NCBI GenBank assembly: GCA_965230435.1
Contig: CBDDLB010000004.1
Span: 335,292-399,291, forward strand
Direction of reading: 5' to 3'
Length of the DNA: 64,000 nt
From: Bacteroidales bacterium
GTDB taxonomy: Bacteria > Bacteroidota > Bacteroidia > Bacteroidales > JBDKHP01
Part shown: positions 19,401 to 27,044 of the stretch, in pieces
How positions within the stretch are numbered: position 1 is the stretch's first letter
How the letters are laid out: each line of letters begins with the position of its first letter
Program-made: the position numbers and the translations under genes
The notes under the pieces: generated by a model
Databases searched by the model: none
The model's input: the letters and a program-made list of their open reading frames with translations, nothing else
Told to the model about the DNA's origin: nothing

Positions 19401-19775
19401 GTGAAAGTATTTAAAATTATCTTTTTGTGTATGTTTTCTTTAGGGCTAGTGTTAATAACAATGCAATTTACTTATTGGAATAGAGGACAGGAAATGAATA
19501 AATATTGGGTAGGAGTAGTTATAGAGCAGGATTATACGTTAGATACAGTTCGTGTAACGAATGGCTTTTTGATAGAAGAAACAGGAACAAAATCTTTGGT
19601 CAAAGAGAAGATTGCACAAATTTCGTACTGTATTCATGGCGATACAGTTGATAATGCATTCATAGTTAAACGAGGCGAAACAATTAACAAAGGTGATTCT
19701 GTGGTCATAAAAATATCCGCCAAGTTTCCTACTCTTTTTCAAGTTGTTGATAACATAAATAATAAAAAAAGATAA
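19401..19775 (+). CDS. Small membrane-anchored protein (cassette gene)
   Basis: 124 aa with an N-terminal TM or signal anchor KIIFLCMFSLGLVLITM. Confidence 0.5.
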   Translation: MKVFKIIFLCMFSLGLVLITMQFTYWNRGQEMNKYWVGVVIEQDYTLDTVRVTNGFLIEETGTKSLVKEKIAQISYCIHGDTVDNAFIVKRGETINKGDSVVIKISAKFPTLFQVVDNINNKKR

Positions 19776-19808
19776 TAATGACATTGATGTATATAGAGCC
19801 TTGACATA

Positions 19809-19920
19809 CCCCCTCGCTCAGCGAAGTAAAAAACAGCACTATTCCACAGGCTAACGCTCAGCTATAATTGTGAAGTTTATAGATAAGTATTGAAGTCGCT
19901 TTTGCTACAAGGAGCGGGGG
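19809..19920 (+). repeat. Cassette-junction repeat, copy C (inner hairpin deleted)
   Basis: CCCCCTCGCTCAGCGAAGTAAAAAACAGCACTATTCCACAG|GCTAACGCTCAGC...GGAGCGGGGG. The deletion lies exactly between the two CCACAG motifs of the hairpin arms. Confidence 0.8.
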
Positions 19921-20043
19921 AGAAATATTATTAGAAAAATTTCAAGAATATGAAGTTCGTCATTTTAAACGTACTGTTATTGAGGTCGATAAGAAAATTC
20001 TCTTAGGTTTCAATATAAAAGTTAAAGTAAGACCAATAACAAA

Positions 20044-20508
20044 GTGATGATAGATATCAAAATAACTTTCCTTACAACATGCAAAGATGATGTTCAATTC
20101 TGGCAAGACTATAAGGAGATTGAAGAATGGCTAATTGATTTATATGAAATACGCCCCTCTTTTTCTTTAAATGTAGAAGAACTTAGAGAAAAAAATAACT
20201 TTTTGTTTTACCCAGGTTTTGTGTTGCCAGAAAAGTATATGGTCTATTTAGATAGAATCTTTTTTTTTAGAACCCCAGAAAACGTTACGCTCGAAAATGT
20301 AATTGCTAGGAATCATCCTAAAAACGCAATGTACACTTACCCGAGGTTCTTTGGCCGAAGATGTGTTGCAAGTAAAATTGGACTTGAACATCTAGTAGCT
20401 AGTGCAAGTAAAAATTGCTATATCTGGGATGATTCGTATGATAACTTGATAGACATACTAATACCTTACCTGTTAGCATACAAAAATATGTTTCTTTCAA
20501 ATATATAG
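20044..20508 (+). CDS. Hypothetical cassette protein (immunity-like)
   Basis: 154 aa with GTG at 20044 and ATG at 20047. The start overlaps the stop of the repeat-C-derived frame (AAGTGATGA), suggesting coupling to an upstream orphan module. Confidence 0.55.
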   Translation: MMIDIKITFLTTCKDDVQFWQDYKEIEEWLIDLYEIRPSFSLNVEELREKNNFLFYPGFVLPEKYMVYLDRIFFFRTPENVTLENVIARNHPKNAMYTYPRFFGRRCVASKIGLEHLVASASKNCYIWDDSYDNLIDILIPYLLAYKNMFLSNI

Positions 20509-20562
20509 GCTGAGTTATGATATTGTCATCAGATTTGAATTTCTATTGGGTATAGAAGTACT

Positions 20563-20727
20563 CCCCCCGCTCAGTGAAGTAAAATCCGTTGAGCGTTAGC
20601 CTGTAGCTACGATCGATACCATACAATTCAACAAGTACGATATTAAGCGTAGCCACAGGCTAACGCTCAGCTATAATGTGGAGTTTAAAGATAAGTATTG
20701 AAGTCGCTTTTGCTACAAGAAGCGGGG
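20563..20727 (+). repeat. Cassette-junction repeat, copy D (full length)
   Basis: CCCCCCGCTCAGTGAAGTAAAATCCGTT-GAGCGTTAGCCTGTAGCTACGA-loop-GCGTAGCCACAGGCTAACGCTC-AGCTATAATGTGGAG...GCTACAAGAAGCGGGG. Confidence 0.85.
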
Positions 20728-20921
20728 TGACAGGATCAGGGACAGCTAAAGGAATTCGTAAATTAGACACTTACGATAAGAAATCACTTGTTGTTAAGGG
20801 AAAAACTATTAAGGTTCGAAAGATTGAACCTCCAGTACCATCTCGTTTCATTGTAACATATGATGCGAGGAGAACAACAAGAGAAAAATTACGCGTTTCT
20901 CCAGAGTCAAGAACTTATTAA
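20676..20921 (+). CDS. 81-aa ORF starting inside repeat copy D (orphan module or small protein)
   Basis: MWSLKISIEVAFATRSG (repeat-encoded) followed by the unique basic tail VTGSGTAKGIRKLDTYDKKSLVVKGKTIKVRKIEPPVPSRFIVTYDARRTTREKLRVSPESRTY. Confidence 0.35.
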   Translation: MWSLKISIEVAFATRSGVTGSGTAKGIRKLDTYDKKSLVVKGKTIKVRKIEPPVPSRFIVTYDARRTTREKLRVSPESRTY

Positions 20922-20954
20922 ATATTCTGACTGTTAGACTAATCTAAAAACGCA

Positions 20955-21563
20955 ATGGGACGTAAAGAAACTCAATTTTATGTTGAATGTATTCTGATGT
21001 ATTATGTTATGTATCATTATCCTGACCAGATTGAAGAAATTGTTCCCGATACGATCATTGATAGACTTGATGAGTATGCTAATATATCCGATCAGTCAAT
21101 AGGGTGGTTGGCGTTTAAAAAATTTGACCCAGAAAATTTGATCTGGCTTAAATCTGATTTTAGTGCCAACTCTTTTATTAGAAAAAAAGCGAAATATGTA
21201 AATTTATTTTATGAACATTTCCGAGATCAGAGCCATAAAGATTTTGAAGGAGAGGATATCGCTTATGTTTTATTCTTCTATGAAAATGGTTTTCTAATCC
21301 ATATGTATGAAGTTTTTGATACAATAGTATCTTCCTCTGAATATGGAGAACTTGGCAATCGATATCTTCAAATAAAGCCTGAATTCGATAAATCTAAGAA
21401 TTGGCTTGTAAATGAAAATGAAAATCTAAAAAGTCATCATTTACCCAAAGCACAGCTAGCTGAGTTGGAGGCAAGGTCTTTGGAAGCCAATCAGAGGTTT
21501 GAGAAGATTTGGCGTGAAGTTGTTGCTGATACAACAAAAGAGATATGTGAAAAATTCACATAG
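20955..21563 (+). CDS. Hypothetical cassette protein (immunity-like)
   Basis: 202 aa, acidic and cytoplasmic-looking, no motif recognised. Confidence 0.55.
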   Translation: MGRKETQFYVECILMYYVMYHYPDQIEEIVPDTIIDRLDEYANISDQSIGWLAFKKFDPENLIWLKSDFSANSFIRKKAKYVNLFYEHFRDQSHKDFEGEDIAYVLFFYENGFLIHMYEVFDTIVSSSEYGELGNRYLQIKPEFDKSKNWLVNENENLKSHHLPKAQLAELEARSLEANQRFEKIWREVVADTTKEICEKFT

Positions 21564-21972
21564 GTATAACAATGGTTTAGAATGTCTGCTTTTCTCAAAG
21601 TAAGTAATACAGGTTTGGGCGTGTAGCCAGATACGTTTAGCAGCTTTGGTAGTTGTTGATTCACTTCGGCGAGCAAGGGAATTTTGTTATACATACGTTT
21701 TTTGATTTAGTCATTTTTTTGTAATTTACAATACTTGATAATGTGTAATATTTGAATTAATGATAACAGAAGAAATGAGTTTAGCGTATGCACGATTGAT
21801 CAAGATGGAATTTGTTTGATATTTTTAGAGTCACCAGTAGATTGTATTCTATTCTATGATTATGAGGTGTTTGAAGAAACGCTAGATAAAATATTGGCCG
21901 TATGTGCCGAAGAATCTGAAGTGCCTAAGAAGATGTATATTACAACTGATATTGGAGGTGAAGCAATAATAA

Positions 21973-22227
21973 ATGTATGTAGCAAAGATTGAATCAGATA
22001 TTACAATGCTAGAGTTTGATTGTGATCGTATTGATGCATTGTACTTTGACGTCAAGATTACAACTTCAGATTCAATAAATTTATGGTTTACTTTGTCTGA
22101 TAAGAAAACATCTTATTGGGTAAAGCAACTGATTAAGGCCTATCGGCAGGAAGAAAGAGTTTTATACATATTCGATCAGGCGACTAATGAAATTCAGGAC
22201 TTATCTTTTCAGATAAATCCTTTGTGA
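21973..22227 (+). CDS. Hypothetical small protein, possibly the 3' part of a frameshifted gene
   Basis: 84-aa ORF. A 78-codon start-less open frame (21756-21992) overlaps its 5' end in another frame. Confidence 0.4.
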   Translation: MYVAKIESDITMLEFDCDRIDALYFDVKITTSDSINLWFTLSDKKTSYWVKQLIKAYRQEERVLYIFDQATNEIQDLSFQINPL

Positions 22228-22254
22228 AAGGATAGATGACAAATCATATAATCT

Positions 22255-22280
22255 CCCCCGCTCAACGAAGTAAATCCAGC
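22255..22280 (+). repeat. Cassette-junction repeat, copy F (left end only; marks the array boundary)
   Basis: CCCCCGCTCAACGAAGTAAATCC, after which similarity stops. It lies 27 nt after the stop of 21973-22227 and just before the esterase gene. Confidence 0.6.
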
Positions 22281-22354
22281 CCCAGCTTCTACATAATTTT
22301 ACTCTACCATTGCGTTATCTTTGCTTGGTCACATCACTCATAAAACAGGAACCA

Positions 22355-23146
22355 ATGAGAAACACTCTACTACTGATTTCCTTATTCATATTTTGTACTG
22401 GAACAGCTCAAAAACAATGGGTACTCGCTAGCAAACATCTCGCGAAACAAGATACAGTATGGCTTTTCTGTCCAGAAAACAAAAAGGAGAAGCAATTGTG
22501 GCCAACCATAATCCTCCTGAATGGCTACGGTGGAAATCATAAACAATGGGACAGTCTGCTCGACTTACAAAAAATGGCCGACGAATACGGATTCGCATTT
22601 ATTTGTCCAGATGGTCTGATCGATTCGTGGTACTTCAATAGCCGTAACAAACAAGGGAGCAATTACGAAAGTTTCTTTTTTGAAGACCTTCTCCCCACTC
22701 TTCTTAAAGATTTCCCTGTTGACCCAGACAATTTATTTATCGACGGCCTAAGTATGGGAGGACACGGGGCAATACGCTTTTTTCTAAAAAAACCGCATCT
22801 GTTCAAAGCAGCGGGTAGTACAAGCGGGGTTTTGGATTTGAAATGTTCCGGTCTGCGAAATACAAACCTGAAAAAGCACTTGGGGACTTACAACAGAAGC
22901 ACATGGAATTCATATACTGCAATAGGTAATTTGAGACGATGTACTACGCGAAAAAAGCCATTGATTATTGATTGTGGTCGGCAAGATCATCTGATTTCGT
23001 GCAACCGTAGTTTTGTGAAAGAAGCTCTGGGACTAGGCTATAATATCACCTATATTGAGCAGGAAGGGAAACACAACCGTAAGTATTGGAAGGAGAATTT
23101 TTATTTACACTTAGCCTTTTATAAGAAGTTGGTAGGGGAAAATTAA
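22355..23146 (+). CDS. Secreted esterase (esterase D / 'putative esterase' alpha/beta hydrolase family)
   Basis: The ORF track starts at TTG 22310. The likely ATG is at 22355 (MRNTLLLISLFIFCTGTAQ, a signal peptide). Nucleophile elbow GLSMGGHGA. Confidence 0.75.
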   Translation: MRNTLLLISLFIFCTGTAQKQWVLASKHLAKQDTVWLFCPENKKEKQLWPTIILLNGYGGNHKQWDSLLDLQKMADEYGFAFICPDGLIDSWYFNSRNKQGSNYESFFFEDLLPTLLKDFPVDPDNLFIDGLSMGGHGAIRFFLKKPHLFKAAGSTSGVLDLKCSGLRNTNLKKHLGTYNRSTWNSYTAIGNLRRCTTRKKPLIIDCGRQDHLISCNRSFVKEALGLGYNITYIEQEGKHNRKYWKENFYLHLAFYKKLVGEN

Positions 23147-23200
23147 TGAACAAGCCTGCACAGGTTCAATCATAGCGTTTCCAACAATCACCCCATATAA

Positions 23201-23229
23201 AATAAAAAAGCAGCTCACTCTTGAGCTGC
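23201..23229 (-). terminator. Intrinsic terminator of 23307-23633
   Basis: GCAGCTCA-ctct-TGAGCTGC stem-loop (23210-23229), followed on the minus strand by a T-run. Confidence 0.7.
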
Positions 23230-23306
23230 AACCCTAAACAATCAGTATTCACTATTTACTAACCTGATAATCTGAAACACTATTTACTATAACCCTAAAT
23301 ATAGTC

Positions 23307-23633
23307 TTATTTAATTTTTTCTATCGCCTCTGCGTAAACAGTTTCCCCTTTTGCTGTTACCTTTAGGAAGTACTGCCCTGCGTTTAGCTCTGAGATATCG
23401 AAACCGATAGAGCTTTCTTCTCTTACTACTTCTGAATGAAGAAGACCGAATGTTTTGTCGTAAATCTTAACACGAACAGTTTCTGACTCAACCTCACCAA
23501 CCTCTACTGTTACAAGGTTATATCCGTTGTGTTCTACTTTTACGTTTGCTTTAACGGCAGGCTTTACGTTCTCTGCAACTGCTACATTCAATGCTAAACT
23601 TATAATGGCGAATAATATGGCTAACTTTTTCAT
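23307..23633 (-). CDS. Small secreted protein with T9SS-type C-terminal sorting domain (copy 1)
   Basis: 108 aa. Signal peptide MKKLAILFAIISLALNVAVA. C-terminus ...LNAGQYFLKVTAKGETVYAEAIEKIK resembles Por_Secre_tail. Confidence 0.65.
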   Translation of the reverse strand: MKKLAILFAIISLALNVAVAENVKPAVKANVKVEHNGYNLVTVEVGEVESETVRVKIYDKTFGLLHSEVVREESSIGFDISELNAGQYFLKVTAKGETVYAEAIEKIK

Positions 23634-24279
23634 TGTTATCTTAATTTAGGGCAACCCTAAGGCTGCGTGATTTTAGTTTTGGTTGATCTGTCACTCAGTT
23701 TGTTTCCTGATGACGATGCAAACATACGACAGGTTTCTGCGTTTTGAAATGTATAATCTGTGAACTGTCGGATTAAAGGTGGGAATTGTAATTTTATTAC
23801 TGTGAATTGCACATGAACTTTTCGGGAGACATCAGGCGTCATAATAAGCTGTATGTTAAATCAATAGAGATGTAGCAGGTCTGTTGTATTTTCTACTTTC
23901 TTACCCCCATTCAGAACTACAAGTAATCTAATCTGAACCAACCTTCGAATCTGCCATAATTATTCTAGCACTACAAATGCCAATTTGTTTTGATGTAATA
24001 TTGATAAGTAAGATGGAAGAAATGACCTTCTGGAGTTCTGTTCCCGTTAATTCAAACTCAAAATAGTATTTGTGAGTAGTTTCGTATCTGAACTAAATTG
24101 TTTTTAAAAACTACAAGATTAAAGCCTTTGGGTTCATTCTTTGATTTTGTCAAAGATCAATTCAAACTTCTTTAAATTGAGAATTGCTGTGTATTAATTG
24201 ACACTCTTAAATAGCCGCTAAATACTGACTTCAAACACAAATTAAAATAGCAATATAAATCAACACTCATTTGTAAATA

Positions 24280-24349
24280 AAGTCGCGTACCTATTTATTC
24301 TGGACTTACTTCTTTCAAGTAACCAATCAGTTAGGCTAGAAATAAATCT
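24280..24349 (-). repeat. Copy 2 of the ~72-nt intergenic repeat
   Basis: AAGTCGCGTACCTATTTATTCTGGACTTACTTCTTTCAAGTAACCAATCAGTTAGGCTAGAAATAAATCT. It lies in the ORF-free spacer between the duplicated T9SS genes. Confidence 0.6.
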
Positions 24350-24687
24350 TATTTATTTTTATCGGGAACTTAGAAGGGAAAGAAATGATGGAGAGAAGAA
24401 GTTGGTTGTCTCTTAAATAGTGTTTTGTACGCAATTAAACTACAAATCTTGAATTCATTGTAACGGCCCAATGATTTTGTTTTTCGATGCCTGATTGATA
24501 CAATAAAAAACATCCTTATCCGAAATCAATATTCAGGTTCATAATGATTTACTAAGTAAAGCTGAAAAAAAGTAACTTTGGTTTTCGTTGCACTGCGGTC
24601 GTCCAAATCCTCACTTACTCTATCCTGTATTGAACGCCTTGCGTGCCCTAACCGAAATTATTTCTTATACTTTACTAACCTATATAA

Positions 24688-24716
24688 AATAAAAAAGCAG
24701 CTCACGCTTGAGCTGC
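24688..24716 (-). terminator. Intrinsic terminator of 24795-25121
   Basis: GCAGCTCA-cgct-TGAGCTGC (24697-24716) plus a T-run on the minus strand. Duplicate of the terminator at 23201-23229. Confidence 0.7.
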
Positions 24717-24794
24717 AACCCTAAACAATCAGTATTCACTATCTACTAACCTGATAATCTGAAACACTATTTACTATAACCCTAAAATATAGTC

Positions 24795-25121
24795 TTATTT
24801 AATTTTTTCAATCGCCTCTGTGTAAACAACTTCTCCTCTTGCTGTTACTTTTAGGAAGTACTGTCCAGCATTTAGCTTTGAGATGTCGAAACCAATAGAG
24901 CTTTCTTCTCTTACAACTTCTGTATGCAGAAGACCGAATGTTTCGTCGTAAATTTTAACACGAACAGTTTCTGACTCAGTCTCACCAACCTCAACTTTAA
25001 CAAGGTTGTATCCGTTATGTTCTACTTTTACGTTTGCTTTCGCAGCTGGCTTTACATTCTCTGCAACTGCTACATTCAATGCTAAACTTATAATGGCGAA
25101 TATTATGGCTAACTTTTTCAT
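24795..25121 (-). CDS. Small secreted protein with T9SS-type C-terminal sorting domain (copy 2)
   Basis: 108 aa with 10 differences from copy 1 by my alignment. The flanking UTR and terminator are also duplicated. Confidence 0.65.
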   Translation of the reverse strand: MKKLAIIFAIISLALNVAVAENVKPAAKANVKVEHNGYNLVKVEVGETESETVRVKIYDETFGLLHTEVVREESSIGFDISKLNAGQYFLKVTARGEVVYTEAIEKIK

Positions 25122-25652
25122 TGTTATCTAAATTGGTGGCAGCCCTAAGCTGCGTGATTCTAGTTTTGGTTGATCTGTCGCTCAGTTTGTTTCCTGATGA
25201 CGATGCAAACATACGACTGCTTTCTTCTTTTTTAAATATATAATTTGTGAACTGTCAGATTGAGGGGGTGAATTTCAATTTTAATACTGTGAATTGCACA
25301 AGACTATTATTTCACATAGCCAACACTCTCCTACTATCTATTTTTACACATTGAACCCCCAAGAAGATAGGGTTGCAATAGTCTAAATTCATTTTTGACT
25401 GGAAAATTAGACTCAAAAGAGGGGGGGCACGATAAAAAAAAGAAAAAAACAAGATGGTAAATTAGAGGAGTTCTACTTAAATTCCAGTCTCATGTCTTAA
25501 AACAAGTAAATAAAAATGCATTAGTAATGCCACACATACTGAGATAGAAAAAAGGCTATCCCAGAACAGAACAGCCTTTAATTCTTTCGCGGAGATAAGG
25601 TCGTAAACCTGTTTATTTTAGTTTTGTGTTCTGCAAGTATACTGAAGTGATT

Positions 25653-25913
25653 TTAGTTTTCGGTTTTTCTGCACATCTGAAATAACCGCATAACGGTGAA
25701 AGGATTGTAGCTCATAGTGTAAACTATGGAAAATATTTCTGAAAATAAACCGAATCGCATAGCGATGGCATTTATAATCAATATCATCAATCCGCGATTC
25801 GGGACAGGTGTGGCTTTTTCTTTACAGGGATCCACATCCCTGCCTACTCTTCTATAAAATCTGGATGAGTTATATTCATAATCATTTTGCACACTCCTGT
25901 AATGTTTTTCCAT
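25653..25913 (-). CDS. Hypothetical small protein (possible immunity partner of 25986-26723)
   Basis: 86-aa ORF with ATG at 25913, 72 nt downstream of the toxin-like gene. It has a hydrophobic stretch LMILIINAIAMRFGLF. Support is weak. Confidence 0.3.
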   Translation of the reverse strand: MEKHYRSVQNDYEYNSSRFYRRVGRDVDPCKEKATPVPNRGLMILIINAIAMRFGLFSEIFSIVYTMSYNPFTVMRLFQMCRKTEN

Positions 25914-25985
25914 AAAGGTTTACAGCACCATGCTCTGTTATTAACCAGTGCATATCCGAACGCGTTGTTACCACGTCAGCTCTCA

Positions 25986-26723
25986 TTACTGATTCAATCT
26001 TTCTGTCTTCTCTTGTACTGTCAATTCACCTACTTTAGTCTTTGGTTCCTTGACCTTTTTAGGCTTTTGGGGGAGTTCTTGCCTAAGTGCATTATTGCCA
26101 GAAAGAGTTTCATAAGCCTGGTTATATGCACCAACATCATTCAGATCCGATTTAATTGTAGTATTTGGCAATAATTTCTTTCCTTTTTCCTCTGTATAAG
26201 GATCCCATTCGCGGACTTCACAAGCAAAATTCGCTCTAGCCTCTTTTATGCTTGGATTTGCATCTACCTCAACCTTATAATATACAGGTTGTCCCTGCCA
26301 TACGAACTTTTTCACAGCATTCTCTACATAACCCAAGTGGTCGCTGTTGGCTGCTTTTGTGATGGGGTATAAATTGTAGTTCATCGCACTTCCACCCAAA
26401 TTATCGTTCCATAAATGTCCCTTAACAAGGCCTCCCCCATTGATTCCCCATCTCTGTCGTATGGCAGTCATCATTTTATCTTGCGATTTGTTAAGGTTCG
26501 CACTTTGTCCCCTAGGAACATCCAATGGATCGATACCTACTTCCATTGTATCTCCAACATTTATTTTTCCAGTTCCAAAATCATAGGTCTGATCAGTGTG
26601 TTTATAGTATTTTGTCTTTCGCTGAAGTGTTTGGTTGGAATCCTTTGAGCTCCGTTTTTCGGTAACACTAGGTAAATCGTTTACAAATTGAAGATTCTTT
26701 TTTTCATCTGCTTTTTCGTACAT
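25986..26723 (-). CDS. Leader-tagged effector with HNH/EndoVII-like (GH...N...E) C-terminal domain
   Basis: The ORF track gives 25986-26831 (GTG start). An internal ATG at 26723 gives MYEKADEKKN..., matching the leader of the other effectors. The C-terminal ...VKGHLWNDNLGGSAMNYNLYPITKAANSDHLGYVENAV... resembles beta-beta-alpha-metal nuclease toxins (unverified). Confidence 0.55.
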   Translation of the reverse strand: MYEKADEKKNLQFVNDLPSVTEKRSSKDSNQTLQRKTKYYKHTDQTYDFGTGKINVGDTMEVGIDPLDVPRGQSANLNKSQDKMMTAIRQRWGINGGGLVKGHLWNDNLGGSAMNYNLYPITKAANSDHLGYVENAVKKFVWQGQPVYYKVEVDANPSIKEARANFACEVREWDPYTEEKGKKLLPNTTIKSDLNDVGAYNQAYETLSGNNALRQELPQKPKKVKEPKTKVGELTVQEKTERLNQ

Positions 26724-27044
26724 AAGTGAATTTGCACCTCCACCTTTTCGGTTATTCTTTTTTATTCTTGGTTCTTTGAACATATCCCGACTCTGTTTTA
26801 AGCACGTAGTGCTATTTATTATGATCAACACTGTTCTATCTTTCCAGCATAATGACAGCCCAAAAGTAAATGAATCGCATAGCGATGTTGTAGAAATTAA
26901 AACTCCATCACTACACGATTCCTTTTGATTTTAAACCATCAGGAGTTATTAATTATTCATTAACCATCTTGTGTTGGATATATGCTAGTTTTTAATCAAT
27001 TCCCGTATTATGTTCAATAATGTAAAGCTGTCGCTTTGAGATAA

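Noticed and set aside
16476-20727. Canonical integron attC sites, since the repeat's hairpin arms contain GTTAGCC...GGCTAAC, one mismatch from the attC R-box consensus
   Set aside because: The order on either strand is GTT...AAC, the opposite of R''(RYYYAAC)...R'(GTTRRRY). Both boxes carry a mismatch. The element has long unpaired conserved segments unlike attC. No IntI-type integrase is in the window. It is kept only as an 'integron-like layout' analogy.
18070-20921. Double-glycine bacteriocin-type leader peptides, since the conserved N-terminus ends in ...SGG
   Set aside because: The Gly codons come from the G-run of the DNA junction and appear in whichever frame is read. The leader lacks the usual LSxxELxxIxGG pattern. 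No C39-peptidase ABC transporter is nearby.
15744-22280. CRISPR array
   Set aside because: The repeats are 110-177 bp, imperfect, and separated by 0.5-1.3 kb segments that contain ORFs. No cas genes are present.
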